Source: an uncultured Candidatus Saccharibacteria bacterium
GTDB taxonomy: Bacteria > Patescibacteriota > Doudnabacteria > UBA920
Direction: 5' to 3'
DNA: 64,000 nucleotides
NCBI GenBank assembly: GCA_964520505.1
Contig: CAZFQP010000002.1
Location: 26,804-90,803 of the forward strand
Made by a program: the position numbers and the translations under genes
Part shown: positions 36,596 through 44,999 of the stretch, one piece after another
How positions within the stretch are numbered: position 1 is the stretch's first letter
How the letters are laid out: each line of letters starts with the position of its first letter
Notes under the pieces: model-generated
Told to the model about the DNA's origin: nothing
The model's database searches: none
What the model saw: only the letters and a program-made list of their open reading frames with translations

Positions 36596-37219
36596 CTACG
36601 CGCAAATAAATTTTGGTGTTAGAATTTTATTTTTTGAATGGCGGGCCGGGGTTTTAGTCCGGCCCTTTTTGAGCTGTTGTTCCTGTGGCGGCTGAGGATC
36701 GGGATTATTTTCCGGAGGAATTGTAACGAGTATCGCCCCGGAAGTTCCTTCAACTAAGACAGGACCTCCATCTTCGTTGACACCGCAAACGTTTTCTACC
36801 CCGATGGCCAAAGCCTGGTTAAAGTCTGCCGGCAAGGCAATCTCTATCCTGGCCACCAGTCCGTCGTCCGGAACCCCGAAATATAGGCAAGTGATTGACG
36901 TCCCTTCCCCTTCAGCCTTGTTGCAAACAAAAGCCGGGGTTCCAATATTCTCAGGGTTTAAAATCAATTTCCACTCTTGCCCTTCGGCAAGCTCGGGAAG
37001 GTTTAACGTCCACTGAAGGCCAAAGACCTCTTCCTGTTCTTGCCCTTGCAATCGCAACTCAATACTGTTTACTTCGCCAGGAGTTCCGATTTTGGACTCA
37101 ACTACCAGTCTAGGCTGAGCGGAGGAAACCGCTGCAACAAAAACAAAAACTATCGAACAGAGTCTCATAAATCCCCCTTTAATTATGCCGGTTTCCCGCT
37201 TGTTTAAGCGGATAACCAC
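36596..37219 (-). CDS. secreted cohesin-like domain protein with basic Pro-rich tail
   Basis: 207 aa by ORF track; probable start at the internal Met (~37168, GGGGGA upstream) giving a signal peptide; '..VFGLQWTLNLP...ITCLYFG...SGAILVTI' pattern homologous to the other two cohesin-like domains. Confidence 0.5.
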   Translation of the reverse strand: MVIRLNKRETGIIKGGFMRLCSIVFVFVAAVSSAQPRLVVESKIGTPGEVNSIELRLQGQEQEEVFGLQWTLNLPELAEGQEWKLILNPENIGTPAFVCNKAEGEGTSITCLYFGVPDDGLVARIEIALPADFNQALAIGVENVCGVNEDGGPVLVEGTSGAILVTIPPENNPDPQPPQEQQLKKGRTKTPARHSKNKILTPKFICA

Positions 37220-37293
37220 GCTTGAACATAACCTATTATATCATAAAAATTGCCGCCGACGCTAGAACGCGCCGACGGCAAAACCGGGAAACT

Positions 37294-37785
37294 TTAAGGG
37301 CTGGGAATGGCAGCCGTGGCTTCGTTGCTGTAAACACTCTCCCCTGCCGGAGAAATTGCGGTTACCACGTAATAATACGTGGCCCCGGAAGTCACATTGC
37401 GGTCAATCCAACTCAAGGCCGGGTTGGTCGTTGAAGACTGGATAAGCGTGTATGGACCGCCTGCGGCTGTTCCCCGATACACCTTGTAGCCGGTCACACC
37501 CGAAGATGAACTCGCCACCCAGCTCAGTGTAACATAGTGATTGCCGGTTATGCAGCCTTTCCCAAGAACCGCATTCACAACCCTTTGGACCACGACAATG
37601 TTGCAAACATTGCCGTAAACCTGGGCGGTGCAAGCAGCTTTTCCCAACGCCATATTGACCGCGAGCTGAATATCAACCGCGTTAACGGTTCCGTCTGAAT
37701 TCAGATCACAGGCGTTTAGTTGCTGGCCACATACGACCGCGGGCAACAAAAAACAGAAAACAGTGATGAGGATTGTTTTTCTCAT
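37294..37785 (-). CDS. secreted dockerin + fibronectin type III domain protein
   Basis: 163 aa; signal peptide; 'CDLNSDGTVNAVDIQLAVNMAL' dockerin-type Ca-binding repeat; FN3-like 'VTLSWVASSSSGVTGYKVYRG...YYYVVTAISPAGESVYS'. Confidence 0.55.
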   Translation of the reverse strand: MRKTILITVFCFLLPAVVCGQQLNACDLNSDGTVNAVDIQLAVNMALGKAACTAQVYGNVCNIVVVQRVVNAVLGKGCITGNHYVTLSWVASSSSGVTGYKVYRGTAAGGPYTLIQSSTTNPALSWIDRNVTSGATYYYVVTAISPAGESVYSNEATAAIPSP

Positions 37786-37843
37786 CCCTTACCTTACCCC
37801 CTTTAACTTTTATTTAAACACAAATCCTAAATCAAAAAATTAT

Positions 37844-40231
37844 TTAGCGCAGCCGGAAATCATTGCTGGTCATTGGCGAGAGGCGCGGCAAGCGCAAGTC
37901 CGAAGAGTTAGCATTCACAATAAAGCTGGCTTGGCCGCCGTTGTTTAAAAAGGTATTCCAATCCGGTACCGGCATTAAACCTTGCTCGTGGACAAAATAC
38001 ACAGTTGAGCCACTCTTAACCCAGCTCCCCCATGGGTGGCTGGAATAAGCATTGGTCATAACATAACCTGAATCTGTTAAACCGGAAGAACCAACTTCCC
38101 AAACATTAGCAAACTTATAACCCAAAGCGGTAAAAACTTTAGCGCTCGCAAAACCGGTTTTGCTATTCTTGTAAACAATGTATACTGTACCGTTTTCGGA
38201 AATTAACTGGCCATTGGCATAAGTACTGGCACCAAGCACGGTGTTACCCGGATATTGCAAGCCGCCGCCATTGTAGCCGTAATAACCGCCTGAACCAACA
38301 GTAACATATAAGGTAGAGCAAAATCCTAAACTTGAATGGCAGATAGAAATGTTGGTGTTGCCATTTTGACTACCATATAAATTTAGCACTGTGCCGGAAA
38401 TACTGGCTGTGGCCACGTTCGGATTGCTGTTGGAAGAAACATAATAGACATTGCTATAACCATAAGCACTGGCCGCATACGCACCACTGTTTATGGAAAC
38501 AGCTAGGCTCTGTCCAACATACAAACTCGGAGACGAAGGGCTAAACCATAAATTTCCACTGCCGCCGCTCGAACCACCGTTAACGGTGACGTATAAAGTG
38601 GCGCAGGCACTAATATTGTTTTGACATACTGTTATTGTAGTAGATCCTCCGGTTATGGCATTTATATATAAACTATTGCCTGAGATGCTGGCCGAGGCTA
38701 CATTAGAATTAGTATTGGAAGATATATAATATGTGCCATAATAACCGCCGTTATTATATATTGTCACCGTGCTATTTTGGCCCGAATTTAAAGCCAAACT
38801 GGAGGGAGAAAAATAAATATTGCCGGTGCTCGAGCCGCCGTTGACAGTCACATAAATAGAAGCACATTGGGTGGAAGAACTAATTGCGCAAACATATACA
38901 GTGCTGCTTCCTTGGGCGCTACCGTATAAGTTGACTTTATTTACATCTAACGAGGGATTTACTACCAAAGGACTGCTGTTGCTGGAAACATAAATTGCCG
39001 GCGCATTGTAAGCAGTGACGGTGAGGGTTTGGCCAATATTTAAGGACACGCTAGTTTGAGACAAACTTAAACTTCCGGAAGAGCCTCCGGAAACAGTAAC
39101 GTAAATATAAGCGCACCCGGAATTATACGCGCAGACGGAAATAGTCGTACTTCCGGATTGGCTGCCATAAATATTAATCGTATTGCCGTTGACGCTCGCT
39201 GTAGCCACAGACGAATTGCTGTTGGAAGAAATGTATAAACCGGAGACGTTATAAGCTGTTACAGCTGCTGTTTGTCCGGAACTTAAAGACACGCTGGTTT
39301 GGGACAAATTTAAGCTGCCGGAAGAACCGCCGGAAACGGTGACATATAAAGTAGCACATCCGCTGCCCCCGCTTTGGCAAACGCTAATATTAGTGGTACC
39401 GGAAGTTAAAGCATAAACATACAAGCTGCTGCCGGACACACTGGCCGAGGCTACACTTGAATTAGAATTGCTGGAAATATAATAATTCCCATAATAGGAT
39501 CCGCCATTGTTATAAATTGTTACAGTCGAGCTTTGTCCGGAGGACAAGCTTAAGCTGGACGGAGAAAAATAAATATTGCCATAAGAAGAACCGCCGCCTA
39601 CTGTAACATACAAACTGACACAGCTGGAAGAAGCTCCGCTTTGGCAGATGGATATTGTGGTGCTGCCGGTTTGATAACCATAAACATTTACTGTGCTGCC
39701 GGAAATACTTGCGGAGGCAACATTGGAATTGCTGTTGGAAGAAATATAATAACCGCCGCTATAAATATAACTGCCCATGGAAACATTAGCGGAAGCACTT
39801 TGTCCAACATTTAAATTTAAGCTGCTCGGGTTTACAGTTAAACCGCCAACATTATTGCAACCATAATAACCACAACCGCTGCCCCCACCCGGATAAATAG
39901 AAATAGTAGATGTCTGTTGGCCGCCAACCGTAGCATACATTTGCACCTGGCTGGAACTGCCATCAGACGGCAAACTTATAACTTGGGTAAAATAACCGGA
40001 CTGGTCAGTCTGCCCAATATTATTAACCGTGGTCCACAAAGTGCTGGACTGACGGTAAGACAAATTGATCTGGCTATAAGTAGCCGCGCCGGATATATTA
40101 ATTTGGACGTTATTGTTTCCGCCTTGATAGTTAGCGGAAAGAGTTGGATAATAGGCGATGGCGCTTGTGGCAAAACCCAGAGAACTGGCCAAAAAGACCC
40201 CTAAAACCAAACTTTTGATAAATTTAGACAT
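37844..40231 (-). CDS. large secreted Ser/Gly-rich protein with ~7 Big_2-like (bacterial Ig-like) repeats and a distinct C-terminal domain
   Basis: 795 aa; signal peptide; ~90-aa repeats '..SLSSGQ..TVTIYNNGG.YY.YISSNSNS.VASASVSGS.L.VY....G.T.ISVCQSG...CA.LYVTV'. Confidence 0.55.
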   Translation of the reverse strand: MSKFIKSLVLGVFLASSLGFATSAIAYYPTLSANYQGGNNNVQINISGAATYSQINLSYRQSSTLWTTVNNIGQTDQSGYFTQVISLPSDGSSSQVQMYATVGGQQTSTISIYPGGGSGCGYYGCNNVGGLTVNPSSLNLNVGQSASANVSMGSYIYSGGYYISSNSNSNVASASISGSTVNVYGYQTGSTTISICQSGASSSCVSLYVTVGGGSSYGNIYFSPSSLSLSSGQSSTVTIYNNGGSYYGNYYISSNSNSSVASASVSGSSLYVYALTSGTTNISVCQSGGSGCATLYVTVSGGSSGSLNLSQTSVSLSSGQTAAVTAYNVSGLYISSNSNSSVATASVNGNTINIYGSQSGSTTISVCAYNSGCAYIYVTVSGGSSGSLSLSQTSVSLNIGQTLTVTAYNAPAIYVSSNSSPLVVNPSLDVNKVNLYGSAQGSSTVYVCAISSSTQCASIYVTVNGGSSTGNIYFSPSSLALNSGQNSTVTIYNNGGYYGTYYISSNTNSNVASASISGNSLYINAITGGSTTITVCQNNISACATLYVTVNGGSSGGSGNLWFSPSSPSLYVGQSLAVSINSGAYAASAYGYSNVYYVSSNSNPNVATASISGTVLNLYGSQNGNTNISICHSSLGFCSTLYVTVGSGGYYGYNGGGLQYPGNTVLGASTYANGQLISENGTVYIVYKNSKTGFASAKVFTALGYKFANVWEVGSSGLTDSGYVMTNAYSSHPWGSWVKSGSTVYFVHEQGLMPVPDWNTFLNNGGQASFIVNANSSDLRLPRLSPMTSNDFRLR

Positions 40232-40259
40232 ATATTTATTTGTTAATTCTTGACTTTAT

Positions 40260-40288
40260 ATTGTACTCTTTTTAGCTACTTTAGTCAA
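40260..40288 (-). promoter_or_regulatory. sigma70-like promoter TTGACT-N17-TACAAT driving the surface-protein operon (minus strand)
   Basis: read on the reverse complement ~25 nt upstream of the 40231 start. Confidence 0.5.
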
Positions 40289-40544
40289 CAATGACAGGCA
40301 AAAAATGAAAAGGGCTCCCGGAAACTTCTGACGAAGTCTGGGAGCCCTGCTAAGCTATTAAGCAGCCAAGAATTTGGCGCTCGGCTTAGTTCCGGATGAA
40401 CCGTTGCCCGGAGCCGGAGATTAGTTTACCACCCCCCTTTCTTTGGAATTATTTCTACTGAAAACCGAAATTCCTGGAGTCATAGTAAACCCTTTCTCTT
40501 CGGACATTGACGCGACCAACCCACGCGGGTCGGGAAAAAACCGA

Positions 40545-40775
40545 TTAAGACCGCATAATTTCATCGATAATGTCACGTGTTGGGACAGAGTACTTCCTGC
40601 CAAACCAGCCTGGTGCCCTGTCATCTTGTGCCGTCCCGTTCATACGGCTGACCAATGATGGCCTAACAGACTTTTTGGCAGGGTTGTGGCGCTCAGTAGA
40701 GACAGCCTGTTCTGGGGGAGGCGGCGACACATGAGTACGTGGCTCCCGCCCATTGTTGTTACGACGTGGTCCCAT
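40545..40775 (-). CDS. small basic Pro-rich hypothetical protein (GC-rich cassette G)
   Basis: 76 aa; AAGGAGG immediately upstream of the ATG; embedded in a ~450-bp GC-rich, hairpin-dense segment. Confidence 0.4.
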   Translation of the reverse strand: MGPRRNNNGREPRTHVSPPPPEQAVSTERHNPAKKSVRPSLVSRMNGTAQDDRAPGWFGRKYSVPTRDIIDEIMRS

Positions 40776-40944
40776 AAACCTCCTTAAGTCTGGGTATTAA
40801 AATACCCCTTATCTCACGCGAGACTTGGGGTATTTGTAAACAAATTAAAGGCAAAGCTCTCCCGATTTTCTACAATGCTTGAAGCGAACAATTCAGTCAT
40901 AAGAAGTCTTTAATACTTTGCGTCCCTATTATAGCACATTCAAA

Positions 40945-41478
40945 TTATTTTAAAAATTTGAGCCAGGCTATGGCATTTTGTGCAGCTTTGGCCCCTTCGC
41001 CCATAGCGGCCAATTGGCTGTCCGGAAAACCGGCAACAACACTGCCGGCCGCGTATAAGCCGCTAATATTTGTAACTGCTGCGGAGTCTGTTTTAATCAA
41101 ACCCTTACTGTCTTTATAAGCTAATAAATCAAATCCAGTATTCCCCTCCCCTGTTTTTTCATCTCGTCCACTGCAAATAATTACGCTTTGGGCATAACAG
41201 ATTTGCCCGCTCTTTAACTCCAAAGAAAAACTCACCACATTTTTTTCCAAAGACAAAACTTCCTGCGACGGCAAAAATTCCAAAAATTTAGCATTACGTT
41301 TTAGTTCCTGCAAAAAAAGTTTTTTTAAACTTTCATAATCAGACAATCCTAAATTATCGCTTTGGCCGGAAGTGGAAAAACCCTTAGCTACCACTAAAGT
41401 TTTGGTTTTGCTTTTTGCTGCGGACAGTCCTGCCGCCAATCCAGCCGCCCCTGCACCGATAATTGCAATATTATACAT
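40945..41478 (-). CDS. TrxB-like FAD-binding oxidoreductase lacking the NADPH/CxxC domain
   Basis: 177 aa; N-terminal 'IAIIGAGAAGLAAG' FAD motif and C-terminal 'GLYAAGSVVAG' segment align with the two halves of the FAD domain of the full trxB at 43430-44383; the central NADPH-binding domain is absent. Confidence 0.5.
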   Translation of the reverse strand: MYNIAIIGAGAAGLAAGLSAAKSKTKTLVVAKGFSTSGQSDNLGLSDYESLKKLFLQELKRNAKFLEFLPSQEVLSLEKNVVSFSLELKSGQICYAQSVIICSGRDEKTGEGNTGFDLLAYKDSKGLIKTDSAAVTNISGLYAAGSVVAGFPDSQLAAMGEGAKAAQNAIAWLKFLK

Positions 41479-41567
41479 TTTTCAGTTGGCAGTTATAAAT
41501 TTAAATATCCCTGTTATTACTGTCTATTTGTCTCCCTGTATCTCTAACTCTCCAGTATGGTATCTCA

Positions 41568-42521
41568 CTAGCTTTCTAATTCTCTAACTCTCTGTATATC
41601 TACTTTAATCTCTTTTGGATTTTGGTTTAATACCAAACCGGTAACGGCCAGTAGCAGCAAGCCCGCGCCTACCAGCTGCCAAAGGCTTAAACTAATGCCT
41701 AAAAATTTCCAGTTAACGGCAGTTAGCGCCAAAGGGTATCCCAACTCCATTAAAGTGGCCACGGAAGCCTTAGTATGCTTTAAACCATAATAATAGAGCA
41801 AGAGGGCGAAAAACCCGGTGAGCAGTGCAATTATTAAAACATTTCGCCAAAATAGAGGAGTCATTAAGCCGAATTGGAAACTACGGCTAGCCGTCACATA
41901 AATTGCTAAAAATAAAGCGCCAAAAATAAACCGCATACCGTTTACAAAATGTAAATTTAAATTTGTCATTAAACTTCTGCCAACCACTGTGCCTCCGGCC
42001 CATAACATGGCAGCCAACACCGCCAGCAGCGGGCCCTTAATGCTCACACTCCCCGCACTTTGCCATAATGCGGCCGGCGCCGTTATGCCAAAAGTGACCA
42101 AATACGCGCCAACCAAAGCGGGCAAAGCAAACACCCAAAACTTTGGGTGCAATTTTTCTTTTAAAAATATTACGGCCAAAGCCACGGCAAAAATCGGCTG
42201 CAATTTTTGTAGTAGCGCGGCTACGGTAAAATTATAATTCATGGCCACCGCACCCTGAACAAACAGCAACGCTCCCAAAGCCGAAGCGCCGGCGCCAATA
42301 TACAGCAAACCCGCCCATTGTTTTTTAGTGACGGTTTTAAACTGAGCGCGATTTTTAATTAACCCGGGTAAAGAAGCAGCCGAGTTAAATAAATGTTCCA
42401 GTAAAGAAATAAACCCCGCGCCTAAACCGCCAACTAAAAGCGGTTTTCTAAACGGACCATCCCCTGCCCAAAGAAGCGAAGCGAGAAAAACAATTAGAGG
42501 AGAGATTTTTTTTTGAGGCAT
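41568..42521 (-). CDS. EamA-like (DMT superfamily) membrane transporter
   Basis: 317 aa, ~10 TM helices in two homologous halves; last 10 codons (DIQRVRELES*) come from a repeat element. Confidence 0.55.
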   Translation of the reverse strand: MPQKKISPLIVFLASLLWAGDGPFRKPLLVGGLGAGFISLLEHLFNSAASLPGLIKNRAQFKTVTKKQWAGLLYIGAGASALGALLFVQGAVAMNYNFTVAALLQKLQPIFAVALAVIFLKEKLHPKFWVFALPALVGAYLVTFGITAPAALWQSAGSVSIKGPLLAVLAAMLWAGGTVVGRSLMTNLNLHFVNGMRFIFGALFLAIYVTASRSFQFGLMTPLFWRNVLIIALLTGFFALLLYYYGLKHTKASVATLMELGYPLALTAVNWKFLGISLSLWQLVGAGLLLLAVTGLVLNQNPKEIKVDIQRVRELES

Positions 42522-42568
42522 AAAGATAATAGAGAGTTAGCGATAAAGAGAATTAGAAAGACTGAGAA

Positions 42569-42937
42569 TTAGTACTTAGTCGGAGAAGTCTTCATTTTAG
42601 AAACTAAACTGGTCAACATTTTTTGAATTTCTGAATTTAAATTTTCCGCTGTTTTGTAATTAATTTTTGGATACTCATTTTTTGCAATTGTTAAATGCGT
42701 CTCCAACTCTGTAGAAGATCCGTAGGAAATATTCAAAAATCTTATAAACTCAACTTTATGATTTCTCCCCCAACCTTCGGCAATATTTGCCGGGATGGAA
42801 ATTGAAGCCCGAATCATTTGTGAAATCAAAATAAACTGTTCAGATTTTGGTAATTGCTTGGCGATTAAATAAATCTCTTTTACCAGCTCAATTGCCTTTT
42901 GCCAAACAACCAATTCTTTATAGGTATTTATCTTCAT
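42569..42937 (-). CDS. four-helix-bundle protein (23S rRNA intervening-sequence protein family, TIGR02436)
   Basis: 122 aa; 'YKELVVWQKAIELVKEIY...LPK.E...L..QM.RASISI.ANIAEG' hallmark of the family. Confidence 0.8.
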   Translation of the reverse strand: MKINTYKELVVWQKAIELVKEIYLIAKQLPKSEQFILISQMIRASISIPANIAEGWGRNHKVEFIRFLNISYGSSTELETHLTIAKNEYPKINYKTAENLNSEIQKMLTSLVSKMKTSPTKY

Positions 42938-42978
42938 ATTTTCGCTATCTACCTCTAATTCTCTAACAGACTATCTCA

Positions 42979-43392
42979 CTAACTTTCTAATTCTCTAACT
43001 CTCTGTATATCAAACTTAATCTGTTTTTTTAACTCTGCCTCATTTTTAAACTTCTTAAATGGCCGAAGGTATTTTATCAAATGCAAAGTAATTTTTTTGC
43101 CGTACAAATTTCCTTTAAAGCCAATTAGGTGTGCTTCTAGTTTTGGCAATCCTTCTTTATCTATAGGCCCTATAATTATCCCCGCGGGATAATTTCTGAT
43201 TTCCAATTTCTGATTTCCAATTTCTGCCATTCCTGCATAAATACCTAATTTTATATTCTGTTTCCTGCGGGAATAGCTTCTCCTGTCCAAATTAGCAGTC
43301 GGAAAACCTAAAAGTCTGCCATACTGCTGGCCTTTAACAACTAGCCCGCTGATGGTTACTGTTTTTCCCTTTTTAGAAGATTTTTGAATCAT
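42979..43392 (-). CDS. riboflavin kinase (monofunctional flavokinase domain)
   Basis: 137 aa; 'TISGLVVKGQQYGRLLGFPTANL' flavokinase motif; contains an in-frame heptamer array (ATTTCTG/ATTTCCA x5); C-terminal 10 aa from the same repeat as the EamA gene. Confidence 0.65.
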   Translation of the reverse strand: MIQKSSKKGKTVTISGLVVKGQQYGRLLGFPTANLDRRSYSRRKQNIKLGIYAGMAEIGNQKLEIRNYPAGIIIGPIDKEGLPKLEAHLIGFKGNLYGKKITLHLIKYLRPFKKFKNEAELKKQIKFDIQRVRELES

Positions 43393-43429
43393 GAATTAAG
43401 AATTATGAATTATGTTTTTCCCTTGATTC

Positions 43430-44383
43430 TTAATTCTTACTTCTTAATTCTGTTTCTTGCTCGGCTATAAACTTTTCCACGTCTAACGCGGCCATACAGC
43501 CCATACCCGCGGCGGAAATCGCCTGGCGGTAGCGAGGATCGTTTACGTCTCCTGCAACAAACACCCCTTCAATGTTTGTTTTTGTACTGTCTTTAACTTT
43601 TACATAACCTTTAGCGTCGGTCTGTATGCCGGCATCGGCAAAAATTTTTGTGGCCGGCGAATGGCCAATGGCCAAAAACATTCCTTGAACCGAAAGCGTA
43701 GATTCAGTGCCGGCAGCGTTATCTTTTATCTTTAATCCTTCCACGGAAGTCTCTCCCAAAACATCCGTCACTGTGACATTGGTAATAAAAGAAATTTTTG
43801 GATTATCCTGGCAGCGCTTTAGCATTATTTTGGAAGCTTTAAATTCGTCGCGGCGATGGACAATGTAAACTTTATTGGCAAACTTGGTTAAAAAGGATGC
43901 TTCTTCCATAGTGCTATCTCCCCCGCCGATTACCGCGACATCTTTGCCTTTAAAGAAAAACCCGTCGCAAGTGGCGCAAGCTGAAACGCCCTTGCCGCGC
44001 AAGCGTTGTTCGTTAGCCAAACCCAGCCAGTTGGCTGTGGCTCCGGTAGCGACAATAACGCTCTTAGCCAAATATTCCCCTTTTTCTGTTTTGACGCTAA
44101 ATGGTTGTTGTTTAAAATTAACTTCGCTGGCGCTTTCGGGTAAAATAACCGTGCCAAACCTTTCGGCCTGCTTGGTCATATTGTCCATAAGTTCCGGGCC
44201 CATAATGCCGTTTATAAATCCCGGGAAATTTTCCACTTCTGTGGTATCCATTAACTGCCCGCCGGGTTTTTGTCCGGCTAATACCAAGGGTTTTAATTCC
44301 GCTCGTGCCGCATAAATGGCCGCGGTTAGCCCGGCCGGACCGGAACCGATGATTATAACATTATATACTTTGGGGTTATTCAT
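43430..44383 (-). CDS. trxB: thioredoxin-disulfide reductase
   Basis: 317 aa; FAD and NADPH Rossmann motifs and redox-active 'CATCDG'. Confidence 0.9.
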   Translation of the reverse strand: MNNPKVYNVIIIGSGPAGLTAAIYAARAELKPLVLAGQKPGGQLMDTTEVENFPGFINGIMGPELMDNMTKQAERFGTVILPESASEVNFKQQPFSVKTEKGEYLAKSVIVATGATANWLGLANEQRLRGKGVSACATCDGFFFKGKDVAVIGGGDSTMEEASFLTKFANKVYIVHRRDEFKASKIMLKRCQDNPKISFITNVTVTDVLGETSVEGLKIKDNAAGTESTLSVQGMFLAIGHSPATKIFADAGIQTDAKGYVKVKDSTKTNIEGVFVAGDVNDPRYRQAISAAGMGCMAALDVEKFIAEQETELRSKN

Positions 44384-44526
44384 AACGCAGATTTTTAATT
44401 CTATTTAAATAAATATATTATCTCTAAATTTTTAATTATTATCACTTCCTCTGAATACCTTCAGGCTTACCGGGACAATTACAAATTCCCCTGCCGGTTT
44501 ATCTATTTTAACACCCATCCTAAGCC

Positions 44527-44555
44527 TTGACAAATTACACAAATAAGCCTATACT
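44527..44555 (+). promoter_or_regulatory. sigma70 promoter TTGACA-N17-TATACT with ~85-nt structured leader
   Basis: hexamers read directly; leader contains an 8-bp stem CCGATTGG/CCAATCGG. Confidence 0.55.
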
Positions 44556-44645
44556 GCCGGGTCCTGCCCGATTGGTCGCCAAGAGCGAAAAAACCAATCG
44601 GCCAGGAAAAGATCTTTAACATATAGGAGGGAAGAAAGGAACCTT

Positions 44646-44915
44646 ATGGATTCCTTGCTGTTCCTAGGCACCACGGTGGTGGTCCTGGTTTTATGGAGCC
44701 TGCAAAGCAGTTCTAAACTGCACCAGGCTTTAGGCAAACATGCCGACAAAACCAAACTGCTGCCTCATGCCTTTAGCATGCTAATAATTAGCGCTCAGAT
44801 TTCCGAGCTGCTAAAAGTCATAGAGCATGCTTCAGTGACCAATGTGGTCGGCGCGTTCTTCTTGCTCGCCATCATTGCGGCCACCAGACCGGGAACACAA
44901 GGAGAACTCCACTAA
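44646..44915 (+). CDS. small membrane protein (2 TM), hypothetical
   Basis: 89 aa; RBS-like AAAGGAA upstream; hairpin terminator at ~44945-44990. Confidence 0.45.
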   Translation: MDSLLFLGTTVVVLVLWSLQSSSKLHQALGKHADKTKLLPHAFSMLIISAQISELLKVIEHASVTNVVGAFFLLAIIAATRPGTQGELH

Positions 44916-44999
44916 AATAGGGTTCCCGGATGCAGTATTCGCAAAGAGCCCGTCCCGACAAAATCGGAACGGGCTCTTTCATTTGTTTTCCTGCTACGG

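Noticed and set aside
43196-43232. Possible CRISPR-like or other arrayed repeats (also 53524-53551, 58887-58910)
   Set aside because: Units are 7-21 nt with no spacers, far too short for CRISPR; interpreted as heptamer microsatellites instead.
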